Below are positions 45,099-57,016 of a DNA stretch of 64,000 nucleotides, piece after piece. The position numbers and the translations under genes were made by a program. Numbering within the stretch: position 1 is the stretch's first letter; every line of letters begins with the position of its first letter. The notes beneath the pieces were generated by a model that saw only the letters and a program-made list of their open reading frames with translations, ran no database searches and was not told where the DNA came from. The stretch spans positions 1 to 64,000 of the IMG/VR virus record IMGVR_UViG_3300028840_008160. One strand, given 5' to 3'.

Positions 45099-47720
45099 AT
45101 GAATCGAATCAGTAGTAAAATTCCAATTGTACGATTTTCTAGACCTTCTAGAGGCGGGACGGATAGAGTAGTTGCTCGAACTGTAAAAAATGGTGCTATA
45201 AAATCACCGCAGCAGTCTATTCAGTCTGAGTCTTACAGAGGACCAGTACGTAAACATAATAGGAAAGCAATGAAGATTGTAAATCATTTTGCTAAGCAAG
45301 CTGCTGCTGATATTAAACAGTCAATTCCACTATTTTATCATCCTGATTTTGAACCATCTTCGCTGATCTTACCAAAAGATAGAATTGAAATAAATAGTTG
45401 GTGTAATTATTTTTACAAATATGATGCATTAGTTGCTACTGCAATAGATATGCATGCTGAATTACCACTATCAAAAATAAGATTAGATTTGCCGCAAACT
45501 ATTAATAAGAAAAAGGCAAATAGAATATTAGAGCATTATGTTGACATGATTGGTAACACAGGCATTGACTTATTTAATAAGTTGTTGATGATGGGTGTAG
45601 AGTATTATAAGATTGGTAACGTATTTCCATGGGCACAAATGAATGCTTCAAGCACAGCATGGGAAAAGTTGACGTGTTTAAATCCTGATTATATTCGATT
45701 AGAAAAATTGTCATTAACAAATTCTATTAGTGCTAATTTAGTACCAGATGATAGGTTAAGACATATTGTTCATGCAGGACCGTATGACGAAAAGACTGGT
45801 TTGTTATATCAAACATTATCTGAAGATGTAATACAAAGAGTACAAGTCGGAAAAGATATTCCATTGCCGACAGATCCAAATGAAGGATCACATGTTGCTC
45901 ATTTAGCTAGAAAATTAGCTGACTATGTTGATTGGGGTACATCATTAATTGAACGCAACTTCAAAACATTAGTTTATAAAGATAGATTACGGCAATCGCA
46001 AGACGCTATCGCAGCAAGACATTTAACACCGAAACATTTAGTTTGGGCTGAATTGGCAAGCAAAGCTGATGTTAATGAAATTAGAGCACAGGTTGAAGAT
46101 GCAATGCTTAATCCAGATTCAGCAATTATTACTAACTATCAGCTACATTGGGAATTGATTGGAACTGGCAGTGGTTTAATGCAATTGGGTACAGAGCGAG
46201 AATGGATCACTGATGATTTATTAATTGGTTTGATGATTAATAAGAATGTGCTGCTCGGTGAAGGCACATTTGCATCTGGACAGACTGTATTAGAAGTATT
46301 AAATCAACGGTATGCAATTTTTAGAGAAGTTCTTGAAAGTTATATTGAAAAGAATTTGTTCGTACCTGTTGCTAGAAATAATGATTTTGTTGAAATTAAA
46401 GAAACAGCTACTGGGCCGATGGAATCATATATTTATCCCAAAGTTAGATGGAATAGATTAAATTTAACAGACGATACGCAGCACAAGCAAATGCTTGCGC
46501 AAGCAGTTGATAGTGGTAAAATTGATGTTGGAACATGGTTGGAATATTTTGGATTGAATTCAGACACTATCGCTGAACGATTGAAAGCTAATGAAGACAC
46601 TGTTTTAGATCCACAATATAATGAATTAAGACGGTCAATTATGATGGAAGTTGGAAGAGCACTTGGACCGTCTGTTGCAAAAGTATATGCTGACGCTTAT
46701 GGTATAGAACTTGAAGATCCGATGGGTGGTATGGGTGGTGGCGGCGGTTTTGGAATGTTTGGATCTGGTAAAGTACCACTTGTGAAGTTTGGTAAAGATT
46801 TTGATGTCGATTATGATAAAGATGGTAATTTGACAATTAAACCAAAAATGATTATTGAAGAACATGATGTTTCTAATACTGTCAAGTCAAATATGCCACC
46901 ATCTGTTAAAACGTCAGAGACTAGAGAACAACGAGAATATGAACGCGAAAAAAATCAATTAGATAGACGGCAAGAAAAGTCAAAGAAAAAATTTGAAGTT
47001 GTTAAAACAAGAACAAAACAATTAAAGCCGCCAAGAAAAGATTTGAAAGGCGTGCCGAAGATTTTTGATGTTTCATCATCTGTTAAACGTCAATTCGAAG
47101 TAGCTGCATCTGAGAAGAATGAAGAAACAGCTGATCATCAAAGGCCTATAGAAATAGAAATGAAAGCAACTGGTGGAATAGGTGCTGCTGGTTATGATAG
47201 TTTTTTACCGCAGGATTCAGAAAGAGTTGCTGAAATAAAAAACAGTGTGATTAAAACAAATACAGATCAAACTGATCAATCTAAACAATTGAGAAAACTT
47301 GGTATTGATCAAAATACTAGAAGACTTGCACAAATGTCGGAGAATGAGATTGTTTCAAGCTATTATAGACTTATTAAGAGCGTTCAAAATGGTTCATTAA
47401 AGAAGTCGGCTTCTGAACGAGTAAGACAATTATATGCTGGCGTATATCATTCGTTAGTAAATCCGAATGAGCCAATATTTAAATCTTCACAAATTGTGAA
47501 AGAAGTATTTAGTGAAGATATAGCAAGAAAAACTGCAAAATTAGTACAAAAAATTGAATTGATTTCTGTTGCAAATAGAAAAGTAGCACAAAGTGTAAAA
47601 GCTGAAGATGTGTCTAATAAATCGCACGAAATATTTAAGAAAAATGAAGTAAGTATAAGAAAAGCTGTTAGAGACATCATTGATGATATCGTTAGTGATG
47701 TAAGAGGTCTTATGTCATGA
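45099..47720 (+). CDS. Portal protein with long C-terminal extension
   Basis: Position after terminase; YFYKYDALVATAIDMHAELPLS, EYYKIGNVF, LNPDYI, WGTSLIER motifs. Confidence 0.75.
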   Translation: MNRISSKIPIVRFSRPSRGGTDRVVARTVKNGAIKSPQQSIQSESYRGPVRKHNRKAMKIVNHFAKQAAADIKQSIPLFYHPDFEPSSLILPKDRIEINSWCNYFYKYDALVATAIDMHAELPLSKIRLDLPQTINKKKANRILEHYVDMIGNTGIDLFNKLLMMGVEYYKIGNVFPWAQMNASSTAWEKLTCLNPDYIRLEKLSLTNSISANLVPDDRLRHIVHAGPYDEKTGLLYQTLSEDVIQRVQVGKDIPLPTDPNEGSHVAHLARKLADYVDWGTSLIERNFKTLVYKDRLRQSQDAIAARHLTPKHLVWAELASKADVNEIRAQVEDAMLNPDSAIITNYQLHWELIGTGSGLMQLGTEREWITDDLLIGLMINKNVLLGEGTFASGQTVLEVLNQRYAIFREVLESYIEKNLFVPVARNNDFVEIKETATGPMESYIYPKVRWNRLNLTDDTQHKQMLAQAVDSGKIDVGTWLEYFGLNSDTIAERLKANEDTVLDPQYNELRRSIMMEVGRALGPSVAKVYADAYGIELEDPMGGMGGGGGFGMFGSGKVPLVKFGKDFDVDYDKDGNLTIKPKMIIEEHDVSNTVKSNMPPSVKTSETREQREYEREKNQLDRRQEKSKKKFEVVKTRTKQLKPPRKDLKGVPKIFDVSSSVKRQFEVAASEKNEETADHQRPIEIEMKATGGIGAAGYDSFLPQDSERVAEIKNSVIKTNTDQTDQSKQLRKLGIDQNTRRLAQMSENEIVSSYYRLIKSVQNGSLKKSASERVRQLYAGVYHSLVNPNEPIFKSSQIVKEVFSEDIARKTAKLVQKIELISVANRKVAQSVKAEDVSNKSHEIFKKNEVSIRKAVRDIIDDIVSDVRGLMS

Positions 47721-48145
47721 ATAAAATAGCATTAACTGTTAATGATTTGTTAGGCATGGTGCCTATACAAATAATACGCGGCGCAAAAAATTATTCGCCG
47801 CAATTTTTACGTTATAGAGCAAATAGATGGGTCTACAAAGTAGGTGATTATTTAGTCAGAATTAAAGTTCCAAGAATTTCTACTAGAATAAAAAGTCAAT
47901 TGACTCAAAATGAATTGGACAAATTAAAAAGAATTAAAGACAGAGATATTAAAGTAAGTTGTACTTGCAGATTCTGGAAATGGAATGGCCCAGACTATAA
48001 TGCATACGCTGGCAATTATAGTGAAAGAATATTTTCTGATTTGAGTGAGCCAGTAGAACGCGATCCTACAAATCAATATCTTATTTGCAAACACGTGTAT
48101 GCTGCTTTAAGACAGTTTAAGCGCGAGTTTTCAATGGCAGAATAA
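47717..48145 (+). CDS. SWIM-like Zn-finger protein of the head cluster
   Basis: VSCTCRFW...ICKH. Confidence 0.6.
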   Translation: MNKIALTVNDLLGMVPIQIIRGAKNYSPQFLRYRANRWVYKVGDYLVRIKVPRISTRIKSQLTQNELDKLKRIKDRDIKVSCTCRFWKWNGPDYNAYAGNYSERIFSDLSEPVERDPTNQYLICKHVYAALRQFKREFSMAE

Positions 48146-48211
48146 TTTCTTTTGCTTTTATTTTTAAAGTATTTCAAAGACAATAGTGAATGATTTCAAA
48201 TAGGAGTAAAA

Positions 48212-49945
48212 ATGTTTCGTAAGTACGGAAATATTTTCACGATAGTTGGCTCTAATAGAGTTAAAACAACTGATCAATGGTCTAATTTTGTTGGTAGTGA
48301 TACAAACAAGAGATCTACAGCTGAAGGCATAATCATTCATAAAAGTCAAAGTCCTATTAACGGACAGCCTGTTGTTTGCGATATTGATTTGGACAATTAT
48401 ATTTACATACATACAACTATCATGGCTTCTGTTGATATTGAACCAAATTCAGATCATTATATTACTAGATCTACTGAAAAATATATAAACACAAATGCAG
48501 ATGCTTGGCCGCGCGATCAATTACTTAAAGATTATCATACATTTGTCGAGTCTGGTGTTGTTTATGTCGAACATGATCAAAATCCAGAAAGAGCAAAAGG
48601 TAAAATACTTGATGCTGTTGCTCGTGATATGGGTGACACTATATTAATTGATTTATTATTCTGCGTTGACAAACGGCATAAAGATTTAGTACACAATATT
48701 GAGACTGGAATAGCAAATGCTGTTTCAATGGGTTGTACGACTAAATATACTATATGTTCAATTTGCGGCAACATAGCACATGATGAAAATGAATATTGTA
48801 CGCATGTCAAACGCATGCAAAATCAAATGGTTAGATGTGATGATGGTGTATATAGAAAAGCATGCGAATTATGTTATGGAAATAATTTTTATGATTGTTC
48901 AATTGTAGCAAATCCAGCATTTGCTGGTGCAGTCTTTCGCAGACTTGTTGTTGCAGATCAGATATCGTCACAATTATTATCAAATTTGTTGTGTCGAAAG
49001 GTAAGTTCTATGGACTATCAAAATGAAGTAATGAAGATAGCATCTATTAATAAGGAAGCTGTACATCCTATTGAACGATCAGAAGTAAAAGATTATGAAA
49101 TTGAAGATGAATATGCTGACATTCCTTATCGAGATCCTCATAATGTTAAACAGATTTTTGATGATCAGCAACCAGATGGTCATAAAGTACTTAACGCTGG
49201 CAAAAAGAAAACTGCAAGAGATGAAGGATGTGGTTCACTTGTCATACTAACTGAAAAATATAATGTTCCCAGTGGTGATAGACGAATTGGATCTGTGTTT
49301 AATTTTGTTGGGAAAAATACAGTGGGTCGTTTAGTTGGCAAAAATGCTGACGGTTGTGCAGTATTCTTTTCTAAAATTGGCATGATCACAGGTATACCAT
49401 TAGATATAATAAAGCCGTTTTCAATAGACAAGTTTAGTCAAGACCCAGGTATTGAATTTACTAAGAAGGCTAAGAAACTTACATATGAAGATTTGCCGGT
49501 ACAGCGTAGAGGTACATTTGATCCGACAAATGAACGGTTTGTGATATTGAGTAATAATGAAGATGATGATTATATTGAAGTTAGATGGTTAGATGGTGAT
49601 AAAGTTGGGAAAAAAGAAAATCTATTAAAGAAAACATTGACTGATAAAAATATTAGATGGGCTAGTTCACATAATTTAGCATCATTTCATTCTATTTGGA
49701 ATGGACAACATTATCAACTTAAACATGCAAAATGGAATGAAAAAGTTGCAGATGTTTTGGACGAGGTAGAAAATCATGTTGATAATGTTCAGCATGATAT
49801 TGCATGCGTGACTCCTAAAACTAGTGGCAGGAAATATAGTAAACCGTTTACAATAAAGACAAAAATAGGGCGAAATCAAATACAGTTTGATTCTAAAGTT
49901 AATAATGATGACCTTCAAGTAGAGGTAAATGCTATTTGTTGGTAG
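48212..49945 (+). CDS. Putative prohead maturation protease with Zn finger
   Basis: NADAW, YVEHDQ (His), GKILDA (Asp), VSMGC (Ser), CSICGN...CTH, DCSIVANPAF; lies between portal and scaffold. Confidence 0.68.
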   Translation: MFRKYGNIFTIVGSNRVKTTDQWSNFVGSDTNKRSTAEGIIIHKSQSPINGQPVVCDIDLDNYIYIHTTIMASVDIEPNSDHYITRSTEKYINTNADAWPRDQLLKDYHTFVESGVVYVEHDQNPERAKGKILDAVARDMGDTILIDLLFCVDKRHKDLVHNIETGIANAVSMGCTTKYTICSICGNIAHDENEYCTHVKRMQNQMVRCDDGVYRKACELCYGNNFYDCSIVANPAFAGAVFRRLVVADQISSQLLSNLLCRKVSSMDYQNEVMKIASINKEAVHPIERSEVKDYEIEDEYADIPYRDPHNVKQIFDDQQPDGHKVLNAGKKKTARDEGCGSLVILTEKYNVPSGDRRIGSVFNFVGKNTVGRLVGKNADGCAVFFSKIGMITGIPLDIIKPFSIDKFSQDPGIEFTKKAKKLTYEDLPVQRRGTFDPTNERFVILSNNEDDDYIEVRWLDGDKVGKKENLLKKTLTDKNIRWASSHNLASFHSIWNGQHYQLKHAKWNEKVADVLDEVENHVDNVQHDIACVTPKTSGRKYSKPFTIKTKIGRNQIQFDSKVNNDDLQVEVNAICW

Positions 49946-50172
49946 TTTGGCGATCTAGTGCTTGTCTGCCTTGTTTTTATAATCTAGATTAATTCAAATT
50001 ACTGATTTTTTCATTGCGCGTAGAGCATCTATATTTGCTCGTTTACGAGCAGTTTCAATTATCTTAATTTAAGGACAGATCATTGAAATTAAAAGTTACG
50101 AATGCTAAACAGCAAAGATGAGTAGTTAATTTAGCGACTAATTTCATAACTCTCAATTTTAAGGAGGATTAG

Positions 50173-51963
<1,791 letters not shown>

Positions 51964-52008
51964 GATCGAAAGCACACTGTACAAAAACGATAACAGGAGG
52001 AATTTTCA

Positions 52009-52527
52009 ATGCTTATCATTAAATACCCTGGCAACAGAAACACGCTGTTCAGCTTGAATGCAGCTGCATTCAATCGTCCAAATACAGCGGCTGAAGCTGG
52101 TCGTACGCTGGGTCGTATTGGTGCAAATGCACCTGCTGGCGCGCTTGGCGGTATGATGGCTATGATGAGTGGCGATTATGAAGTTAATATCGCTACTGAT
52201 GACGTGACTACTGGTTCACCGGATCCTATTGGTTTCTTCCTTCTTGATGCTGTGGGTTCTCCTTATGAGAATACTCCGACTGTTGCATCAGGAAAGTTGA
52301 CAGTCATGACTGCTCCTGGTTCATATGAGACTGATATCTATGAAACAGTGAACGAGAATGATACAGCTCTCGGTACTGCTTGGGCAGATTCAATTGGTCT
52401 TCCATTGTACTGCTCAGACTTTGGTCTGCTGACAACTGAAGATACCGGTTCGATCATTGTCGGTTATGTTACAAAAGCTCCGAGTGCTGATAATCCTTTC
52501 TTGGGCTTCAATGCTGTCAACATCTAA
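52009..52527 (+). CDS. Capsid decoration/cement protein
   Basis: Directly upstream of the capsid gene; ASGKLTV...YETDIYE...LYCSDFGLLT; codon usage similar to the capsid gene. Confidence 0.6.
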   Translation: MLIIKYPGNRNTLFSLNAAAFNRPNTAAEAGRTLGRIGANAPAGALGGMMAMMSGDYEVNIATDDVTTGSPDPIGFFLLDAVGSPYENTPTVASGKLTVMTAPGSYETDIYETVNENDTALGTAWADSIGLPLYCSDFGLLTTEDTGSIIVGYVTKAPSADNPFLGFNAVNI

Positions 52528-52600
52528 TTTGAGTTAGCGTGAAGCAACATGAAGCTTTAAGAGCACAAGGAACGAAAACTTCAAACAGGAGAAACACAGA

Positions 52601-53473
52601 ATGAAGCTCAATCCAACTCAAAAAGAAGCTGTCATTAATAAGCTCCTTCAGTCACCTGAAGGCAAGATGAAATTGGCAGCATCAATGCAGAATCCTCTGC
52701 GCGAAAGATTGGACTACGAGGGTGTATTTCGCCGTGCTATCGTAGTTGATCCTCTTCCTCAAGGCGCGCTTCCTTATTACGACAAGGACATCAATGTTCC
52801 GGCTGTCGTGATTGGTGAAGAAGGCCAGACACCAGAAACTATCGTTCGTGGTAAGAGAATTCTTATTCCGTTGTTCGAACTCGGTGCTAATCCCAAGGTT
52901 CCATTTACTCAGGTGAAAGAACGCCGTTACAATTTGATTGATCGTGCACAGGACAAGGCAAAGCAGGAAATTCAGGCTGCTGAAGATGAACTCGGTTTTG
53001 CTGCTCTTGATGTTGCGCTCGCTCAGGTTGATCCTATTACTGGTGTTGCTTTTAATGAGACTATTGCTGCTGCTGGTTCACTGGATAGAGATGCTTTGGC
53101 TGATGCTTTTGCTGAAGTCGAAAAGCATGACCTTCGCGTTGCTCGTCTGTTCATGAATGCTCGTGATTATTCTGATATCAGAAAATGGGGTCGCGATCAA
53201 TTGGATCCTGTTTCACAGAAGAGCTTGCTTGCGACTGGTCTTATGGCAATGATTTGGGGCGCTGAAATCATCGTCTCACGTATTGTTCCAATTGGTACTG
53301 TTTATGTTTGCACCGAAGAGAAGTTCCTTGGTATCATGCCTCAGCGTATTGATATTACGGTTCTTCCCGCCGATGATCCTGACAGCCGTTTGATTGGTTG
53401 GTCAATATTCGAGCAAATCGGTATTGGCATTTGGAATCCTCGCGGTGTTGCGAGCATTCAGGTTACTCGCTAA
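52601..53473 (+). CDS. Major capsid protein (HK97 fold)
   Basis: KLAASMQNPLRERLDYEGVFRRAIVVDPLPQGALPYYDKD, RRYNLIDRAQ, IGWSIFEQIG; biased codon usage; followed by a strong terminator. Confidence 0.82.
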   Translation: MKLNPTQKEAVINKLLQSPEGKMKLAASMQNPLRERLDYEGVFRRAIVVDPLPQGALPYYDKDINVPAVVIGEEGQTPETIVRGKRILIPLFELGANPKVPFTQVKERRYNLIDRAQDKAKQEIQAAEDELGFAALDVALAQVDPITGVAFNETIAAAGSLDRDALADAFAEVEKHDLRVARLFMNARDYSDIRKWGRDQLDPVSQKSLLATGLMAMIWGAEIIVSRIVPIGTVYVCTEEKFLGIMPQRIDITVLPADDPDSRLIGWSIFEQIGIGIWNPRGVASIQVTR

Positions 53474-53495
53474 CTTGAATGTTAGATTTTGAATG

Positions 53496-53529
53496 AAAAG
53501 AGGGTAGCTTTTGCTACCCTCTTTTTTTT
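53496..53529 (+). terminator. Intrinsic terminator after the capsid gene
   Basis: aaaagagggtagc-tttt-gctaccctctttt followed by a T-run. Confidence 0.85.
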
Positions 53530-53581
53530 GAATAATTAATTTGTTTTTTGATATTTCTTTTATATCTGGCATAAATTACGT

Positions 53582-54268
53582 ATGAAAGAACATGCACATA
53601 CATTAACAAATATTGAAATTGATGACAGCGGCATTGTAGATGAATATAAGGAATTTAGTAATATCGATTTTAGCAATTCATTTAAAAAGTTAGAAAAACC
53701 TGATTACGAAATAAAGGCTTCTCAAAAGGCATTAACGAATACAACAACTGTCGGTAAGGAGGACAATATGAAGGGTTCACGAGCTGCAAGCTATGTGAGT
53801 GAATTAACATCTGGTTATGATGCAACTGTTCAGGATGATTATGAAGCTGGACAGGGACAAAAAGGTCAAGCTGGTAAAGGTCATGAAGAAGCTGTTGCAC
53901 TTAGTAATAATTGGGAAAATGACAAAAGAGATGCAATTGGTCGTGCAGCTGCAGCTAAGCTTAGACGAACAGCTGCTTCTTTGAATAAGCTTGCAGATAT
54001 GTATGAAAAAGGTGCTGTTGACGATGAAGATTTAGAAGCAGTTGATGCTGCCAATGAAGATGAAGAAATGTTCGAAGAACTTGATGACGAAGAACTTGAA
54101 GAAGAAGCTGGTTGTAAGAGAGAAGCTTCTCATCCATTAGAACATGATGATAAAAAAGACGATCCAGATGCCAATATGTCATCGCAAACTGGTGATGATG
54201 AATGGATTGATATTGGTCCTGGAGAGTTTGATGACAAGCGAGATGAAGTAGGCAGAGCAGCTGCCTAA
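53582..54268 (+). CDS. Acidic head-associated protein (start possibly 53768)
   Basis: Internal repeat DKRDAIGRAAA / DKRDEVGRAAA; aaggagg precedes Met 53768. Confidence 0.55.
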   Translation: MKEHAHTLTNIEIDDSGIVDEYKEFSNIDFSNSFKKLEKPDYEIKASQKALTNTTTVGKEDNMKGSRAASYVSELTSGYDATVQDDYEAGQGQKGQAGKGHEEAVALSNNWENDKRDAIGRAAAAKLRRTAASLNKLADMYEKGAVDDEDLEAVDAANEDEEMFEELDDEELEEEAGCKREASHPLEHDDKKDDPDANMSSQTGDDEWIDIGPGEFDDKRDEVGRAAA

Positions 54269-54306
54269 ACAGATTTATATTAACGTATTATGAATGGAGG
54301 CCTTTC

Positions 54307-54750
54307 ATGAAGTACTTGGTACAGCAGAAGTTTCGACTTACTGATCAAGGTGTTTATCTTGAAGCAGACACTGTTTTTGAACCAGATGACAATTACGCTA
54401 GGACTTCAAGATCAATGGCTGCTGCTTTGCGAGCAGGTTGGCTTAGAAAAATAACTGACGCTGAAGCAGAACAAGTTGAAGCCAAAGCCGTAGTTGTTGA
54501 GCCGGTAAAAAAGAAGTCTGCTGCAGCAAAAGCTGCAAAAAAACTTGATGCACCAGTTGGTGTAGCCGAAATGGAACCAGAAGATTTAGCTGATGAGACT
54601 ATTTCTGGCGACGAGATTTTAGCTGCAAGAAAGAAACGTCGTGAAGCCAGAGAAGCTAGAAGATCTGAAAAAACTACTGCTGAAAGTATCAAGAGTGAAG
54701 TGAAGAAAAAAGCTAGAAAGAAAAGAATTAGAAAAATCAAAGAATCTTAA
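54307..54750 (+). CDS. Hypothetical head-cluster protein with basic C-terminus
   Basis: RBS ggagg; K/R-rich tail. Confidence 0.6.
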   Translation: MKYLVQQKFRLTDQGVYLEADTVFEPDDNYARTSRSMAAALRAGWLRKITDAEAEQVEAKAVVVEPVKKKSAAAKAAKKLDAPVGVAEMEPEDLADETISGDEILAARKKRREAREARRSEKTTAESIKSEVKKKARKKRIRKIKES

Positions 54751-54764
54751 ACAAGGTGCTATAA

Positions 54765-55232
54765 GTGATAAGTAATAAAATCCAAGTCGTTTACAGATTG
54801 TCTAACAGAGTTACATTGATGTGGCCTGTAAGACCAAATGGTAGTAATGCTACAAAGCCAACATCATATAATTTATATTGGGATACGTCTGCAGGTGGAT
54901 TATTTACTACACTATTAGCATCTGTCGAGAACGCTTCTTGTGAAGATCATGGTGGAATTAGATCTTATCATAAAAAAGTTGTTTACAATATTGTTCCAAG
55001 TCAAGTTTCTGGTTGGGATAACGACGCGACAAATTATGTTAAGATGAAACCAGTAATTCTAACTGTTGAACAAGCTTTTGAAGATCTAATTATAATTCCA
55101 CCATATACAGTTAATGGTATGAGATTACATTATCCAAATTTGCAGCCAACTGCAATTGTTGGTTATAATGATGAAGAAAATCGCTTTATCCCTGTATCTG
55201 TTGATACAGATGGTAAAGTGGAGACAGTTTAA
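54765..55232 (+). CDS. Putative virion protein (FN3-like)
   Basis: VTLMW...SYNLYW pattern; located in the structural cluster. Confidence 0.5.
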   Translation: MISNKIQVVYRLSNRVTLMWPVRPNGSNATKPTSYNLYWDTSAGGLFTTLLASVENASCEDHGGIRSYHKKVVYNIVPSQVSGWDNDATNYVKMKPVILTVEQAFEDLIIIPPYTVNGMRLHYPNLQPTAIVGYNDEENRFIPVSVDTDGKVETV

Positions 55233-55262
55233 CTTACAATACAATTATCATAGGAGGATTTC

Positions 55263-55682
55263 ATGAAGATTACCAGTCTAGTTTCTAGTGGTGTTCTGAC
55301 ATTCAACGATTTTGGTCAGTACATCAAAGGCGTATCGCCGATTTCGAGAAGTATTCGTCTTAATCCAGGCGAATCAATGTATCTTGTCGAAACTGGCGAA
55401 GTTCTTTTGAGTGCGCAAGCCGGCGATATTAAGAGGTTTGTTGATGCTGGCAAACTTAGTGCTAATGATAGAGCGCTTGCTGTTGCAGATACTGCAACCG
55501 TTACTGTCGCTCATGGTTTTGGTTTTGTTCCGAATGTTACAGTCGTACTTGATCCAACAGGAACACCGACTGTTGCTGTTCCAGGCACTGACGTTGTTAT
55601 TACTCATAATACTGATTATACTGAAACATATGTTGAGAATACAACGGGTGGCCCAGCTGACATTGACATTCGCGTTGGTTAA
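55263..55682 (+). CDS. Putative virion structural protein
   Basis: RBS aggagg; T/V/G-rich beta C-terminus. Confidence 0.55.
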   Translation: MKITSLVSSGVLTFNDFGQYIKGVSPISRSIRLNPGESMYLVETGEVLLSAQAGDIKRFVDAGKLSANDRALAVADTATVTVAHGFGFVPNVTVVLDPTGTPTVAVPGTDVVITHNTDYTETYVENTTGGPADIDIRVG

Positions 55683-55701
55683 GCGAGGCATTGGTTAATA
55701 T

Positions 55702-55738
55702 AAAGAGCTTCTCGCTTCTGGAGAAGCTCTTTTTCTTT
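55702..55738 (+). terminator. Intrinsic terminator
   Basis: aaagagcttctc / gagaagctcttt 12-bp stem followed by a T-run. Confidence 0.8.
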
Positions 55739-55776
55739 GCGCCAAATAATAGATTCATACGATTAAGGGAGAATAT

Positions 55777-56328
55777 ATGAGAAGGACAAGTCGTTTTTTT
55801 CAAAAGTTTATTGTGCCTTTAGTAAAAGATGTAGTTGAACAACTTGGTATTGAAAAAAATGTTCAACTTAGAGTAAAACGCAATGTTGCTAGTCAATTAG
55901 ACTCTTTGAAATCTGATTTGCAAAAATCAATTAAACAATCACTTAATGATACAAATAAAAGTGTTCAAGACACTTTGATTGAACTTAGAGAGTTAATTGA
56001 AAATAATCAACTAGATTTGACTGACGAACAATTTGAAAGATTGTCATTGGCAGTTGAAACTCAAACTGACAAAATTACTGATATTTCTCAACATTATGTT
56101 CAACAATCAGAAGCAGTTGAGCGATTAATTGAAAAGACTGAAACAGTTGCTGCTGCATTTGAATCAATAGTTGCTACAACAAAGCAGCAGATAGACAAAG
56201 ATATTAAGAAGTCAAGAAGTGATACAGCAACAGCAATTAAAAATACTAGAGAAAAGATTGCTGATGTTGAAGCTACACTTGACGCTTTTATAGATACAAT
56301 TAGTGAAAAAATAGCTGAATTAAATTAA
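55777..56328 (+). CDS. Coiled-coil hypothetical protein
   Basis: Heptad-rich 183-aa ORF. Confidence 0.6.
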   Translation: MRRTSRFFQKFIVPLVKDVVEQLGIEKNVQLRVKRNVASQLDSLKSDLQKSIKQSLNDTNKSVQDTLIELRELIENNQLDLTDEQFERLSLAVETQTDKITDISQHYVQQSEAVERLIEKTETVAAAFESIVATTKQQIDKDIKKSRSDTATAIKNTREKIADVEATLDAFIDTISEKIAELN

Positions 56329-56342
56329 GATGGAGATGAATC

Positions 56343-56867
56343 ATGAATGCTTCTAGGACGCCAAAAATTACAACGCCTGATTTGTATTTTGCAGCTTATC
56401 TTCGAGCTAAAAAATGTCAGATTGTCGGTGTTCAGAAAGAAGGAACAAAGACAATCTTTACATTTGATCTTGAAGACTCTGGTCTGTCTTCAACAGAATT
56501 GAAGCATGGGTATTTTAATAATGATGATGATGAAAAATATGCTGTTTGTTCTATTGACTTTGCAGATTCTATTAGATCATTGAAAACTTTATGTCATGTA
56601 AATGATGATGGTGAGAAAATAATTACTCCTGATTTGTATTTTGCTGCGTATTTGAAAACTAAACATTGTGTTGTAGAAACTATTAAACAACGTGATAATA
56701 AAACAGTATTTGTTTTTGATGTGTCGTCTTCAGGAATGTCAATTCTAGAATTGAAACTTGGCTATTTTAACAGCATTAATGATAAAAAGTGTGTTGTAAA
56801 CGCTTCAGATTATACCGATGCTGTTAGATCATTAAAAACAATGTGTCACATAACAACTGACAGTTAA
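56343..56867 (+). CDS. Protein of two tandem ~85-aa domains (DUF5659-like)
   Basis: TPDLYFAAYL...KT.F.FD..SG.S..ELK.GYFN...RSLKT.CH occurs twice. Confidence 0.65.
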   Translation: MNASRTPKITTPDLYFAAYLRAKKCQIVGVQKEGTKTIFTFDLEDSGLSSTELKHGYFNNDDDEKYAVCSIDFADSIRSLKTLCHVNDDGEKIITPDLYFAAYLKTKHCVVETIKQRDNKTVFVFDVSSSGMSILELKLGYFNSINDKKCVVNASDYTDAVRSLKTMCHITTDS

Positions 56868-56871
56868 TTGT

Positions 56872-56925
56872 AATTCTCTAGAAAAATCCACATATAATAT
56901 ATTGTGGGTTTTCTAGGAGTGAATT
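56872..56925. terminator. Long imperfect inverted repeat (terminator or operator)
   Basis: ctagaaaa(at)ccaca ... tgtgg(g)ttttctag. Confidence 0.45.
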
Positions 56926-57016
56926 ATGTTAACTGTTAATCTGACATTAGTTAATCTGCTATTGCAAAACCCGCCTAAGCGATCAAGTTTACATTACGAA
57001 CATTTGGATTGGCTTT